Below are positions 27,893 to 37,144 of a stretch of 52,975 nt of DNA, piece after piece (the stretch's first letter is position 1; each line of letters opens with the position of its first letter). Position numbers and translations under genes: made by a program. The notes beneath the pieces were generated by a model. It saw only the letters and a program-made list of their open reading frames with translations, had not been told where the DNA came from and ran no database searches. The stretch is from Bacilli bacterium (GTDB taxonomy: Bacteria; Bacillota_I; Bacilli_A; RF39; UBA660). The stretch lies in NCBI GenBank assembly GCA_036658935.1, contig JAVXDN010000001.1:1-52975 (forward strand), given 5' to 3'.

Positions 27893-28342
27893 ATGATGAT
27901 AAATCGTGTTTTTGATGAAGATAAAGCAGCACTTTGTGATGTTCTTTTAATAAAATTGATACAAGATGAAAAAAAATATAATTTAAATTTAGATGAAAAT
28001 TTTGTTGTAAAAGATTATTTTAAAAAAGTTATTAAAAACGAAAATAATATTTTATTATCGTATGAAGTTAATAATGAAATAATTGCATATATTTTTTTGA
28101 AACAAATTATCTGTGATGAGAATAAGGGCTATTTAATTGATGGATTATATGTAGAAGATAATTATAGAAATAATGGAATAGCAAAAGTACTTATAACTGA
28201 GGCATTAAATATAATTAAAGAAAAGAAAGTTTCTTTTATAGATATCAATGTAATGTATGATAATGTCATTGCAAGGAAAGTTTATAAATACTTTGGATTT
28301 AATGAATTTAAAATTCAATTGAGAAAAGTAATTGAAGCATAA
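27893..28342 (+). CDS. GNAT family N-acetyltransferase
   Basis: 149 aa; acetyl-CoA motif A YRNNGIAKVLITEAL; C-terminal ARKVYKYFGF. Confidence 0.75.
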   Translation: MMINRVFDEDKAALCDVLLIKLIQDEKKYNLNLDENFVVKDYFKKVIKNENNILLSYEVNNEIIAYIFLKQIICDENKGYLIDGLYVEDNYRNNGIAKVLITEALNIIKEKKVSFIDINVMYDNVIARKVYKYFGFNEFKIQLRKVIEA

Positions 28343-28438
28343 TAAAGGTAAATATACTACATTTTTATCTGTTAAGTATTAAAATATGAATTTCTTAATC
28401 TTTTTATTTGTTAAGTATGGAAAAATGACATGAAATGA

Positions 28439-28467
28439 TTGACTTTCAGAGTGTATACAAGTATAAT
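28439..28467 (+). promoter_or_regulatory. Near-consensus sigma-A promoter of rplM-rpsI
   Basis: TTGACT (28439-28444), 17-nt spacer, TATAAT (28462-28467). Confidence 0.65.
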
Positions 28468-28562
28468 TTACTTCGGTACATTTTATTTGAGCATTTTTTC
28501 TGTGGGAAGGACGAAGTGTTAAAATAAAAGAAAATAATATGAAAATTAAGGAGAAATTGAAG
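28468..28562 (+). promoter_or_regulatory. rplM 5' leader with stem (possible L13 autoregulatory leader)
   Basis: An untranslated leader of about 95 nt. ACTTCG (28470-28475) pairs with CGAAGT (28512-28517), enclosing a U-rich loop. Ribosomal L13 leaders are known in Firmicutes. Confidence 0.35.
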
Positions 28563-29000
28563 ATGAAAGACTCAAAAACATTTATGTTAAGAAAAGAAGA
28601 CGTAAATCGTAAATGGTATGTAATAGATGCTGAAGGTCAAATTCTTGGTAAAGTTGCTGTTAAAGCTGCTCATATACTAAGAGGTAAACATAAAGCTACA
28701 TTCACACCTCATATTGATTGTGGGGACAATGTAATTATTATTAATGCTAATAAAGTTGAATTAACTGGTAACAAATTAAATAAGAAAATATACTATAATC
28801 ATAGTGGATTTCCAGGTGGTTTAAGAGAAAGAACTGCTAAAGTTATGAAAAAGGAATATCCTGTTGAAATGGTAGAAAGAGCTGTTAAAGGTATGCTTCC
28901 TAATGGAAGACTTGGTAGAGATATGTACAGAAAACTATTTGTTTATGAAAATAGTGATCATGGTCATGATGCTCAAAAGCCTGAAACAATTAACTTATAG
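28563..29000 (+). CDS. rplM: 50S ribosomal protein L13
   Basis: ...[19 protein letters not shown]... canonical L13. The ATG at 28563 follows AAGGAGA; the 28539 extension is rejected. Confidence 0.95.
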   Translation: MKDSKTFMLRKEDVNRKWYVIDAEGQILGKVAVKAAHILRGKHKATFTPHIDCGDNVIIINANKVELTGNKLNKKIYYNHSGFPGGLRERTAKVMKKEYPVEMVERAVKGMLPNGRLGRDMYRKLFVYENSDHGHDAQKPETINL

Positions 29001-29009
29001 GAGGAAATT

Positions 29010-29405
29010 ATGAGTAAAACAGATGAATATAGAGCGACAGGAAGAAGAAAAAGAAGTTCTGCACAAGTAAAGATGACTGCAGGTACTGGTAAAATTACTG
29101 TTAATGGAATCGATGTTAATAAGTATCTACCTTATGAAACTTTAGTAATGGATTTAAAACAACCTTTAGTTATATCTGATATGGAAGGTAAACTTGATAT
29201 TGATGTAGTTGTTAAAGGTGGGGGATTTAGTGGTCAAACTGGAGCTATAAGACTTGGAATTTCAAGAGCTCTTATGGTAATGGATTCAACTCTTAGATCT
29301 GATTTAAAGAAAAATAAAATGGTAGTAAGAGATGCTAGAATTAAGGAACGTAAGAAATATGGTCTTAAAAAGGCTAGACGTGCTCCTCAATTTAGTAAAA
29401 GATAA
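29010..29405 (+). CDS. rpsI: 30S ribosomal protein S9
   Basis: GTGRRK..., GGGFSGQTGAIRLGISRAL, C-terminal ARRAPQFSKR. Confidence 0.95.
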   Translation: MSKTDEYRATGRRKRSSAQVKMTAGTGKITVNGIDVNKYLPYETLVMDLKQPLVISDMEGKLDIDVVVKGGGFSGQTGAIRLGISRALMVMDSTLRSDLKKNKMVVRDARIKERKKYGLKKARRAPQFSKR

Positions 29406-29420
29406 TAGAAATAGTTTTTT

Positions 29421-29454
29421 AAACCTTATAGACTCAATGTTTATAGGGTTTTTA
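29421..29454 (+). terminator. Intrinsic terminator after rpsI
   Basis: AAACCTTATA-11 nt-TATAGGGTTT (one G-U pair) followed by a T-run. Confidence 0.55.
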
Positions 29455-29510
29455 AATGCTTAAGAATATGTGTTAATATTAATACTTTTATAGTAATAAA
29501 TACTATAATT

Positions 29511-29545
29511 AAACTCATCAATATAAAGCTTGATGAGTTTTTCTT
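29511..29545 (+). terminator. Second, orphan terminator-like hairpin
   Basis: AAACTCATCAA-tataaagc-TTGATGAGTTT then TTTTC; no ORF lies between it and the rpsI terminator. Confidence 0.45.
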
Positions 29546-29605
29546 TGCCTTAATAATTACTAGATGATATAATTGATAATAGGAAAATGTAGAGAAGTAG
29601 GGAAT

Positions 29606-31255
29606 ATGAAAAAAAATATAGAAATAATAAAAAAATGGAAATCATTAGTTAAGGTTAACAAAAAATATACTGTTATTGCTTTTTTATCTGCTTCAATTGC
29701 AAGAGTTGTAGGTATAATAGCACCTGTATTTACTGCTAATATTATTACTTATTTATCATTAGGTAAATATAAAATGGCTACTATATTTTTAGTTCTTAAT
29801 TTTTCTTGTTTGTATTTAAAGAATGTCTTGTGGAATATCAATTATAGTAATTTTCCTAAGTTAACTGGGTATGCATATTTAGATTTACAATCTAGAATAT
29901 ATGATAAAATTATAAGTGCAAATGAAAAAGAAATAGAGAAGTGGCCTAAGGAAAAATTATTAAATATTTTACATACTAATGTTTTAACGTTGTCTTCATT
30001 TATGGATGTTTTAAGTGATAAACTTTCTTATTTAGTTGCTGCTATTGTTATGTTAGTTACTATTTTTATAATAAATCCTTTTGTTGGGATATTGGTTTGT
30101 TTAGTTTCTATATGTAACTTTTTTGTTTTAAATGTTATAAATACAGGTTTAGCTCATGAAGATGGAGGTTTAAGAGATTCAATTGATTGTGTATTTGAAA
30201 AATTTGGAGATGTTAAGGATAAAAGAAATTTAATTGATGATTTAGGTGTTAAAAATAAAGATAAGATGAATTATTTAAGTATTTGTGGACATTATTTTGA
30301 AGTAAGAGAAAAATATGAGAGATGGACTTCTTGGAATGATAATTTATTTAATATATTTTATAATTTTCTTGTTTTAATAATTACTGTTTTAATTATTTAT
30401 TTAATGCAAATAGGAAGTATAAATTTAACTCTTTATTTAGTGGTATCTGCTTATTTAGTTATAGGAATTGAAGCTTTTATTGACTTTTTTAAAGGATTAA
30501 AAGAACTTAAAATTATGGGTGTAGCGGCTGATAGAGTTAATATTATTCTTAATTTTGAAGATAAGGATGTTATCAATTATGGAAGTGATTATGTTACTAA
30601 TGTTAATGGATTTATATCTTTTAAGAATGTAAGTTATAAAGATAATGATAAATTTGTTAATAAAATAAATTTTGATATTTTACCTAATACTTTTAATGTA
30701 GTTGTTGGATCTAAAAACAGTGGGAAAAGGATAATAGCGCAGTCTTTATTTAGGAAAATTAAACCTGATAAAGGTAATATATTTATTGATAATATTAATA
30801 TTAATGCATTTGAAAATGAATATTATAAAAACATTGTTAATTATGTTTCTTATAAACCAGAATTTTTAATTGGTAGTATTAATGATAATCTTAAAATAAC
30901 AGGAGCGACATCTGGAAATATAGTTAAAGTGTGTAAAATACTTAATATATATGATGATATTAAAAAGCTTAGTAATGGTTTTGATACAGATATTAAGGAA
31001 GCTGTTAAATGTTTAAAGGAAGAAAAAGTATATGTTCTTTCACTTATTAGAGCTTTATTTACTAATTCAAATATTATTATTTTGTATGAAATTCCAAGAA
31101 GTTTTGATAAAAAAGAAAGAAAAGATTTAATTAATATATTTAAAATTATTAGTGAGAAAAAGACATTAATATTGTTTACTTCATTAAGTGATTATAATGA
31201 TGTAGCTAGTAATGTTATTGAGATAGAAAAGGGTAGAGTTATAGATATTAAATAG
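29606..31255 (+). CDS. ABC exporter-like protein (TMD-NBD fusion) with degenerate nucleotide-binding motifs
   Basis: Six predicted TMs followed by an NBD-like domain. Its motifs read Walker A GSKNSGKR, signature region LKEEK (canonical LSGGQ), Walker B IIILYE (canonical hhhhDE) and H-loop FTSL. The ATG at 29606 is preferred over the TTG at 29573. Confidence 0.7.
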   Translation: MKKNIEIIKKWKSLVKVNKKYTVIAFLSASIARVVGIIAPVFTANIITYLSLGKYKMATIFLVLNFSCLYLKNVLWNINYSNFPKLTGYAYLDLQSRIYDKIISANEKEIEKWPKEKLLNILHTNVLTLSSFMDVLSDKLSYLVAAIVMLVTIFIINPFVGILVCLVSICNFFVLNVINTGLAHEDGGLRDSIDCVFEKFGDVKDKRNLIDDLGVKNKDKMNYLSICGHYFEVREKYERWTSWNDNLFNIFYNFLVLIITVLIIYLMQIGSINLTLYLVVSAYLVIGIEAFIDFFKGLKELKIMGVAADRVNIILNFEDKDVINYGSDYVTNVNGFISFKNVSYKDNDKFVNKINFDILPNTFNVVVGSKNSGKRIIAQSLFRKIKPDKGNIFIDNININAFENEYYKNIVNYVSYKPEFLIGSINDNLKITGATSGNIVKVCKILNIYDDIKKLSNGFDTDIKEAVKCLKEEKVYVLSLIRALFTNSNIIILYEIPRSFDKKERKDLINIFKIISEKKTLILFTSLSDYNDVASNVIEIEKGRVIDIK

Positions 31256-31341
31256 AATGGTGTTTTGTAAAAGTTTTGTGAAATATATACAATAAATTGT
31301 TAATAAATGATATACTAAATGAAAGTAAGAGAGGCGAGACT

Positions 31342-32271
31342 ATGGCAGCAAAAGTATTTAAAACGTTAGAGGAACAAATTAATATATTAAAAGATAAAGG
31401 TCTTAAGATAGAAGATGAAGAGACTACTAAATTAATCTTGCTTAGAGAAAATTACTTTTTTATAATGGGTTATAGAAGTGTGTTTTTAAAGACTGATGGA
31501 AGTAAAAAGTTTATTAATGGTACTACATTTAATGAGTTATATTCTGTATTCGTATTTGATAGGATGTTTAGAAATATTATATTTAAAAATTTGCTTATAT
31601 TTGAAAATAATTATAAATCGATTTTTAGTTATATGATTTCTATGAATTATGGATACAAGGAAAAAGAATATTTATCTACAGATAATTTTGTTCAAGATAA
31701 ATCTAGGATAAGTCAAATAAATGATGTTATTAGAAAAGTAAAAAGACAATTAAGAGTTAATGGAAGACAACATCAAGCGACTAGTCATTATTTAATGAAT
31801 TATGGATATATTCCTATGTGGATTGGAATAAAAGTAATAAGTTTTGGTTTAATGGGAGAAATGTTTAGCATACTAAAAAGGGAAGATCAGGAAAAATTAG
31901 CTTTGTATTTTGATGTTACAGCTGATAATTTAGAAATTTATTTACCTATTCTTGCTAATTATAGAAATTTATGTGCACATGAGGATATTTTATTTAATCA
32001 TTTTACTCAAAAATTAATTGATGATACTAAATATCATGAGTTGTTATATATTAAGAAAATAGATAATGAATATGTGTGTGGGAAAAATGATATTTTTGCA
32101 CTTATTATTATGTTAAAACAATTAATGAGTAAAGATGATTTTCAGATGATGATGAAAGAAGTTATATATGAGGCTGAGATTCTAGAAGGAAAACTTAAGT
32201 CTATTAAAATAGATGCAGTTCTTGAATGTATGGGATTTCCTGAAAATTATAAAGATCTTATGTATATATAG
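31342..32271 (+). CDS. Abi_2 family abortive-infection protein (AbiD/AbiF-like)
   Basis: N-terminal LEEQINILKDKGLKIEDEE...LLRENYFFIMGY and central YRNLCAHEDILFN resemble the Abi_2 signatures (RNxxAH). The ATG at 31342 is preferred. Confidence 0.7.
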   Translation: MAAKVFKTLEEQINILKDKGLKIEDEETTKLILLRENYFFIMGYRSVFLKTDGSKKFINGTTFNELYSVFVFDRMFRNIIFKNLLIFENNYKSIFSYMISMNYGYKEKEYLSTDNFVQDKSRISQINDVIRKVKRQLRVNGRQHQATSHYLMNYGYIPMWIGIKVISFGLMGEMFSILKREDQEKLALYFDVTADNLEIYLPILANYRNLCAHEDILFNHFTQKLIDDTKYHELLYIKKIDNEYVCGKNDIFALIIMLKQLMSKDDFQMMMKEVIYEAEILEGKLKSIKIDAVLECMGFPENYKDLMYI

Positions 32272-32287
32272 AAAATAAGGAGGAGTT

Positions 32288-33370
32288 ATGAGAAAAAAAG
32301 TTGTCTATATTGTTACTGTTATTTTAAGTTTATTTTTAGGAGCTGGAGGGTTATATGGAATTATGTATTTTTTTCCAAATTCTGTAGTTGAAACTATTAA
32401 TAAGGAACAAGTTACAGTAACTGATGAAGGTATATCTAAGGGTGTGAAAAAGGTTTATGATTCAGTTGTTGTAATTGAATGTTATTCTAGTGGTAAACTT
32501 ATTAGTACTGGTACTGGATTTGTTTATAAGAAAGATAATGGTAAAGGTTATATTATGACAAATCATCATGTAATTGATGGTGCTAAAGAAGTTAAAGTAA
32601 CTTTTACTAATGAAAAACAAAGTACTGCTAAGGTTGTTGGAAGTGATGAATATGCAGATATAGCAGTTATTACAGTTGATGATAATGATGTTTTGAGTGT
32701 TGCTAGTATTGGCAATAATGAAAAAGCTAATATTGGAGATACTGTATTTACTATAGGTGCTCCTATGGGTAAACAATATGCAGGGACTGTAACTAGAGGA
32801 ATATTAAGTGGAAAGAATAGATTAGTTAGTGTCGCTGTTGGTAATTCTGCATCAAGTGATTGGATTATGGCTGTTATGCAAACTGATGCTGCTATTAATC
32901 CAGGAAATAGTGGCGGACCTTTATGTAATGTTAATGGAGAAGTTCTTGGTATTAATTCATTAAAGATAGTTAAGGATGAGATTGAGGGTGTAGGATTTTC
33001 AATTCCTATAGAAGATGCACTTAAGTTTGCTACTTTAATAGAAAATGGAAAAGAAGTTACTAGGCCTTACATTGGTATAGAAATGATTGGTGTTGACCAA
33101 GTATATGTACTTATGCAAGAAGGTATTAAGGTAGATCCAAATCTTACTGCAGGAGTTGTAGTTATTAATACTACTAAAGATTCTCCTTCTGAAAAAGCTG
33201 GTCTTAAAAGAGGAGATGTTATTGTCAAAGTTTCTGAAACTGAGGTAAGTACAGTTGCTGAGTTTAGGTATTATTTATATAAATTTAATCCTGGAGATAA
33301 AGTTTCTATTTCTGTTTATAGAGATGGAAAACTTCAAGAATTAAAGGTTACTTTAGGTAAAAGTGAATAA
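32288..33370 (+). CDS. htrA: HtrA/DegP-family serine protease with PDZ domain
   Basis: N-terminal TM; catalytic triad contexts TNHHV, DIAV and GNSGGPL; C-terminal PDZ (GLKRGDVIVKV). Confidence 0.9.
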   Translation: MRKKVVYIVTVILSLFLGAGGLYGIMYFFPNSVVETINKEQVTVTDEGISKGVKKVYDSVVVIECYSSGKLISTGTGFVYKKDNGKGYIMTNHHVIDGAKEVKVTFTNEKQSTAKVVGSDEYADIAVITVDDNDVLSVASIGNNEKANIGDTVFTIGAPMGKQYAGTVTRGILSGKNRLVSVAVGNSASSDWIMAVMQTDAAINPGNSGGPLCNVNGEVLGINSLKIVKDEIEGVGFSIPIEDALKFATLIENGKEVTRPYIGIEMIGVDQVYVLMQEGIKVDPNLTAGVVVINTTKDSPSEKAGLKRGDVIVKVSETEVSTVAEFRYYLYKFNPGDKVSISVYRDGKLQELKVTLGKSE

Positions 33371-33394
33371 AATAAGAGAAATCTTATTTTTTTT
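33371..33394 (+). terminator. Intrinsic terminator after htrA
   Basis: AATAAGA-gaaa-TCTTATT followed by T8. Confidence 0.55.
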
Positions 33395-33417
33395 AATTTT
33401 GCTTTTTTCATATATTA

Positions 33418-33446
33418 TTGATTAAAGACATAAATAATAATATAAT
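33418..33446 (+). promoter_or_regulatory. Candidate sigma-A promoter for the lipid kinase operon
   Basis: TTGATT (33418-33423), 17-nt spacer, TATAAT (33441-33446). Confidence 0.55.
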
Positions 33447-33487
33447 TAATAGAAGTTATGGTAATTAGTTGAGGAAAGGTATATTAT

Positions 33488-34426
33488 ATGAAGAAATGTG
33501 TAATTATATATAATCCAGAAAGTGGTAAAAGAAAAAGTAAAAAAACAGTTGAAACTATTTTGAATGTTTTAAGAGAAAATAACTATAACCCATATTTGAT
33601 GTTTACCACAGGTGTAGGGGATGCAACTAGATTAGTTATGAATATTGAATCTACAGATTTATTATTGTCTTGTGGAGGAGATGGAACTTTAAATGAAGTA
33701 GTTAGTGGAAATTTAAAAAGAAAAAACAAACTTTTAATGGCACATTTACCTTTAGGAACTACAAATGATATGGGTGCATTATTTGGATATACTAGAAATA
33801 TTAGATATAATCTTGAGATGCTTTTAAATGGTGTTGAAAAAAAATTAGATGTGTGTTTAGTTAATAATCACCCTTTTGTGTATATTTGTTGTTTTGGAAA
33901 TTATGTTGATTTAGCTTATAAAACACCGAGAGTATTAAAGAAAAAGTATGGTAAATTCGGATACCTTATGTATGGAATGAATAAATTTAAAGAAGATATA
34001 AAACCTTTTTATATAAAATATACAGTTAATGGGAAGACTTATAAAGGAGAGGCAACATTTATATTTATTTCCAATACTTCTAGAATAGCTGGATTTAATA
34101 ATGTTTATAGAGATTTTAAAATTGATGATGGTAAGTTTGAGGTTGCAGTATCCAATATTAATGATAAAAAGAATCTTCTTTATGCAGGAGCTCAAATTGT
34201 TACTGGTAGTATGGAAAATGTAGAAGGATTTTCTTTATATAAAACAGATGGTTTAACAGTAGAATTCGAAAAAGATTTTAAGTATTCTTGGTGTATAGAT
34301 GGAGAAGAACTTAAGGAAAACACTAATAAATGTAAGTTTAGTATCAATAGAGATATTACTATGTTATTACCTAAAAAGAATATTAAAAAAATATTTGAAA
34401 ATAAAGAAAAGGGGAATAAAGCATGA
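33488..34426 (+). CDS. Diacylglycerol/lipid kinase (DagK/YegS family)
   Basis: IIYNPESGK..., catalytic GGDGTLNEVVSG, 312 aa. Confidence 0.85.
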   Translation: MKKCVIIYNPESGKRKSKKTVETILNVLRENNYNPYLMFTTGVGDATRLVMNIESTDLLLSCGGDGTLNEVVSGNLKRKNKLLMAHLPLGTTNDMGALFGYTRNIRYNLEMLLNGVEKKLDVCLVNNHPFVYICCFGNYVDLAYKTPRVLKKKYGKFGYLMYGMNKFKEDIKPFYIKYTVNGKTYKGEATFIFISNTSRIAGFNNVYRDFKIDDGKFEVAVSNINDKKNLLYAGAQIVTGSMENVEGFSLYKTDGLTVEFEKDFKYSWCIDGEELKENTNKCKFSINRDITMLLPKKNIKKIFENKEKGNKA

Positions 34427-35127
34427 GTTTTGAATTATTTGAAAAGTGGTTTTTATTATTTTTAATATATTCATTTGTAGGTTGGCTATTAGAAGTAGTT
34501 AATGGATTAATATATGAGAAAAAGTTTATTAATAGAGGATTTATGATTGGTCCTTTTTGCCCAATATATGGAGTAGGGGCGTTACTTATTACATTTTTGT
34601 TACAAGGATTTATATCTTATCCTTTAATTTTATTTATAATGGCATCTGTTATATTCTCTTCTCTTGAATATGTTACTAGTTATCTTATGGAAAAAATATT
34701 TAATGCTAGATGGTGGGATTATTCTAATACTAAATATAATTTAAATGGTAGAATTTGTTTTGATACTATGCTACCTTTTAGTATTTTAGGGTGTGTTGTT
34801 ATGTACTTAACTAATCCTTTCTTTAAAAAATTATTAAACTTAATTCCTAGTAATATATTAAATATTTTATTTATAGTATTATCTGTGTTGTTTATATTAG
34901 ATCTTTTAATTTCATTTAAAATTATTATTAATTTTAAACATATAACTAAGCGTATTTCTCTTGATAGTACTGAAGAAATTACTAGAAGGGTTAGAGAAGT
35001 ATTAGGTAGTCAAAGTTATTTAAATAGAAGATTAATTAATGCTTTTTCTACTTTGAAGATAACAGTAAAAAAAATAGGTATTGATATTAAAGAAGGCGTA
35101 AGTGAAGCGGTTAATAAAAAAGATTAA
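34423..35127 (+). CDS. Polytopic membrane protein (putative ABC-transporter type IV / CmpB-like, PF06541-like)
   Basis: FLIYSFVGWLLEV N-terminus and ARWWDYS motif as I recall for this family; 4-nt overlap with the kinase gene. Confidence 0.55.
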   Translation: MSFELFEKWFLLFLIYSFVGWLLEVVNGLIYEKKFINRGFMIGPFCPIYGVGALLITFLLQGFISYPLILFIMASVIFSSLEYVTSYLMEKIFNARWWDYSNTKYNLNGRICFDTMLPFSILGCVVMYLTNPFFKKLLNLIPSNILNILFIVLSVLFILDLLISFKIIINFKHITKRISLDSTEEITRRVREVLGSQSYLNRRLINAFSTLKITVKKIGIDIKEGVSEAVNKKD

Positions 35128-35131
35128 AATT

Positions 35132-35159
35132 AAAAAGGCTTAATTAATTAGGCCTTTTT
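35132..35159. terminator. Bidirectional terminator between convergent genes
   Basis: AAAAAGGCTTAA-ttaa-TTAGGCCTTTTT hairpin between the stops at 35127 and 35140. Confidence 0.55.
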
Positions 35160-36084
35160 CACATTTATTACCATAACAATCTATTAATTCTTTATTTCTT
35201 AATATTTTTATTATTTCACAATTATTAGGACATTTATTACACTCTTTTCCTAATGTTTCAAATTCTATATCTTTTATATTTAAGCTATATTTTTTATTGT
35301 CTTTATTTTTAGCTAATATTGCACATCCGAGAGCACCCATTAAATGCCCATCTTCATCAACTATTATATGTTCTTTTAATTCACTTTCAAAGAATTTTAC
35401 GACGCCTTTATTTTTACTTACTCCCCCCTGGAAGACAATAGGTGCTATTATTTTTTTGTTTTTACATACATTGTTTATGTAGTTAAGTACTATACTTTTA
35501 CATAATCCAGCGATTATATCTTCTTTTTTATATCCCATACCAGCTTTATGAATTAAATCACTTTCAGCGAATACAGTGCATCTAGCGGCTATTTTTGTTG
35601 GATTTTTACTTTTTAAAGCTTCATATCCGAAGTCTTCAACTTTTATATCTAGTCTTTTGGCTTGAGAAGATAAGAAACTTCCGGTTCCAGCTGCACATAA
35701 TGTATTCATTGCATAGTCAGTTACTATTTTATTTTTAAGTAATATTATTTTGGAATCTTGTCCTCCTATTTCTAGTATAGTTCTAACATTAGGATGCCTA
35801 GAAAGTGTACCTACTGCATGAGCGGTTATTTCGTTTTTAATTATGTTTGCATCTAGTAGAGTTCCTATTAATTTTCTTGCACTACCAGTTGATCCAATTC
35901 CGCTTACTGTAATATTTTTGTTTTTAATTTGTTGATTTAGTTTTTCTATTAATTCCTTAAGTGCTTTTATTGGATTTCCTGATGTTGGAATATAAGAGGA
36001 TGCTATTATTTTATTTTCTTCATTTATTATAACTCCTTTAGTGGATATACTTCCTACGTCAACTCCTAAATAATATCTATTCAT
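35140..36084 (-). CDS. BcrAD/BadFG-type ATPase (2-hydroxyacyl-CoA dehydratase activase-like) with Cys-rich C-terminal extension
   Basis: ASKHA phosphate-1 motif YLGVDVGSISTKG. Cluster-bridging Cys contexts CAAGTGSF and ARCTVFAESD. Extra tail CNKCPNNCE...DCYGNKCEKG. Confidence 0.85.
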   Translation of the reverse strand: MNRYYLGVDVGSISTKGVIINEENKIIASSYIPTSGNPIKALKELIEKLNQQIKNKNITVSGIGSTGSARKLIGTLLDANIIKNEITAHAVGTLSRHPNVRTILEIGGQDSKIILLKNKIVTDYAMNTLCAAGTGSFLSSQAKRLDIKVEDFGYEALKSKNPTKIAARCTVFAESDLIHKAGMGYKKEDIIAGLCKSIVLNYINNVCKNKKIIAPIVFQGGVSKNKGVVKFFESELKEHIIVDEDGHLMGALGCAILAKNKDNKKYSLNIKDIEFETLGKECNKCPNNCEIIKILRNKELIDCYGNKCEKGLIN

Positions 36085-37144
36085 TTAATTTTTCCTTTCT
36101 CATTTTTAACATATCATAGAATGCTTCTAATCTTGTGTTAATTCCTATGTCTGAATTTTGTGATTCAAATGTTAGAAACATTATTGGAATATTATTATCT
36201 TCACAAATAGATTCAAGTACTGGTATTACGCCTATTTCTGGAGTACACCCAAAAGGTTTTATATGAATTATTCCATCATATTTATGTCTTTTTGCCCAAG
36301 TGACTCTATAAACATTAGCGGATGCATCTGCGCCCATATTATATTTAACATATTTTTTTATAAATTTCATGCGTAATTTATCAAATAAAAAAGTAAAAAC
36401 TAAGAGATATGATGCATTGGTAAATCTTTTTATAATAAATCCCATATTAATTAATGTTTCTTCTAAGTTAGAAGATGATGAAACCTCAATATTAGAATAT
36501 AATTCTCCAATTATACATATTTTTAAATTATTAGAATTTTGGATTTTTTTAAGTGATTTTATTTTGTTTATAACTTTAAAGTTGTTAACAATTAATTTTA
36601 GTATACTTTTATTTGATTTGAAATAAGTGTCACTTTTAGTACATATTTTATCTATTTTATCTTTTTCTATTATAAGCACTTTGTTTCGTCTTATATAATC
36701 TTCTAATTTATCACTAAAATAAGCATATATGAGTGTATAAATAATTACTTTTATAAATTTATAATATGTAAGGTGTGGATTAATATTTAAAAATATTTTA
36801 TATGCTCTAGATATAGAAAAGTTTCCTTCTTTCATTAAATTGTAAAAGTTAAATTTATATCCTAAATCTTTTAATATTTGCATTTGTACTTCACAATAAT
36901 AACCAAACTTACATCCTCCACCTATATGGATTATAGTATCTGCTTTATTTTCTAGACTCTCTATAAAATTACCTAAATTGTATTTAAAAGGTAAGCATAT
37001 TAAATTAGGTGAATATTTTTCACCTAGTGCTATTGTTTTTTTTGTTATTTTAGGTGGAACTAATATTTCTTTATTAGTTATATTTTTTAATAGATATTCT
37101 ATTTCTTTATAATAAGGACCAAAGTGAGCGAATGTTATTTTCAT
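36077..37144 (-). CDS. HgdB/D-component-like subunit (acyl-CoA dehydratase activase-related protein)
   Basis: 355 aa; Cys contexts NLICLPFK, GGGCKFGYYCE and KPFGCTPE typical of the 2-hydroxyglutaryl-CoA dehydratase D-component superfamily; 8-nt overlap with the ATPase gene. Confidence 0.6.
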   Translation of the reverse strand: MKITFAHFGPYYKEIEYLLKNITNKEILVPPKITKKTIALGEKYSPNLICLPFKYNLGNFIESLENKADTIIHIGGGCKFGYYCEVQMQILKDLGYKFNFYNLMKEGNFSISRAYKIFLNINPHLTYYKFIKVIIYTLIYAYFSDKLEDYIRRNKVLIIEKDKIDKICTKSDTYFKSNKSILKLIVNNFKVINKIKSLKKIQNSNNLKICIIGELYSNIEVSSSSNLEETLINMGFIIKRFTNASYLLVFTFLFDKLRMKFIKKYVKYNMGADASANVYRVTWAKRHKYDGIIHIKPFGCTPEIGVIPVLESICEDNNIPIMFLTFESQNSDIGINTRLEAFYDMLKMRKEKLNE

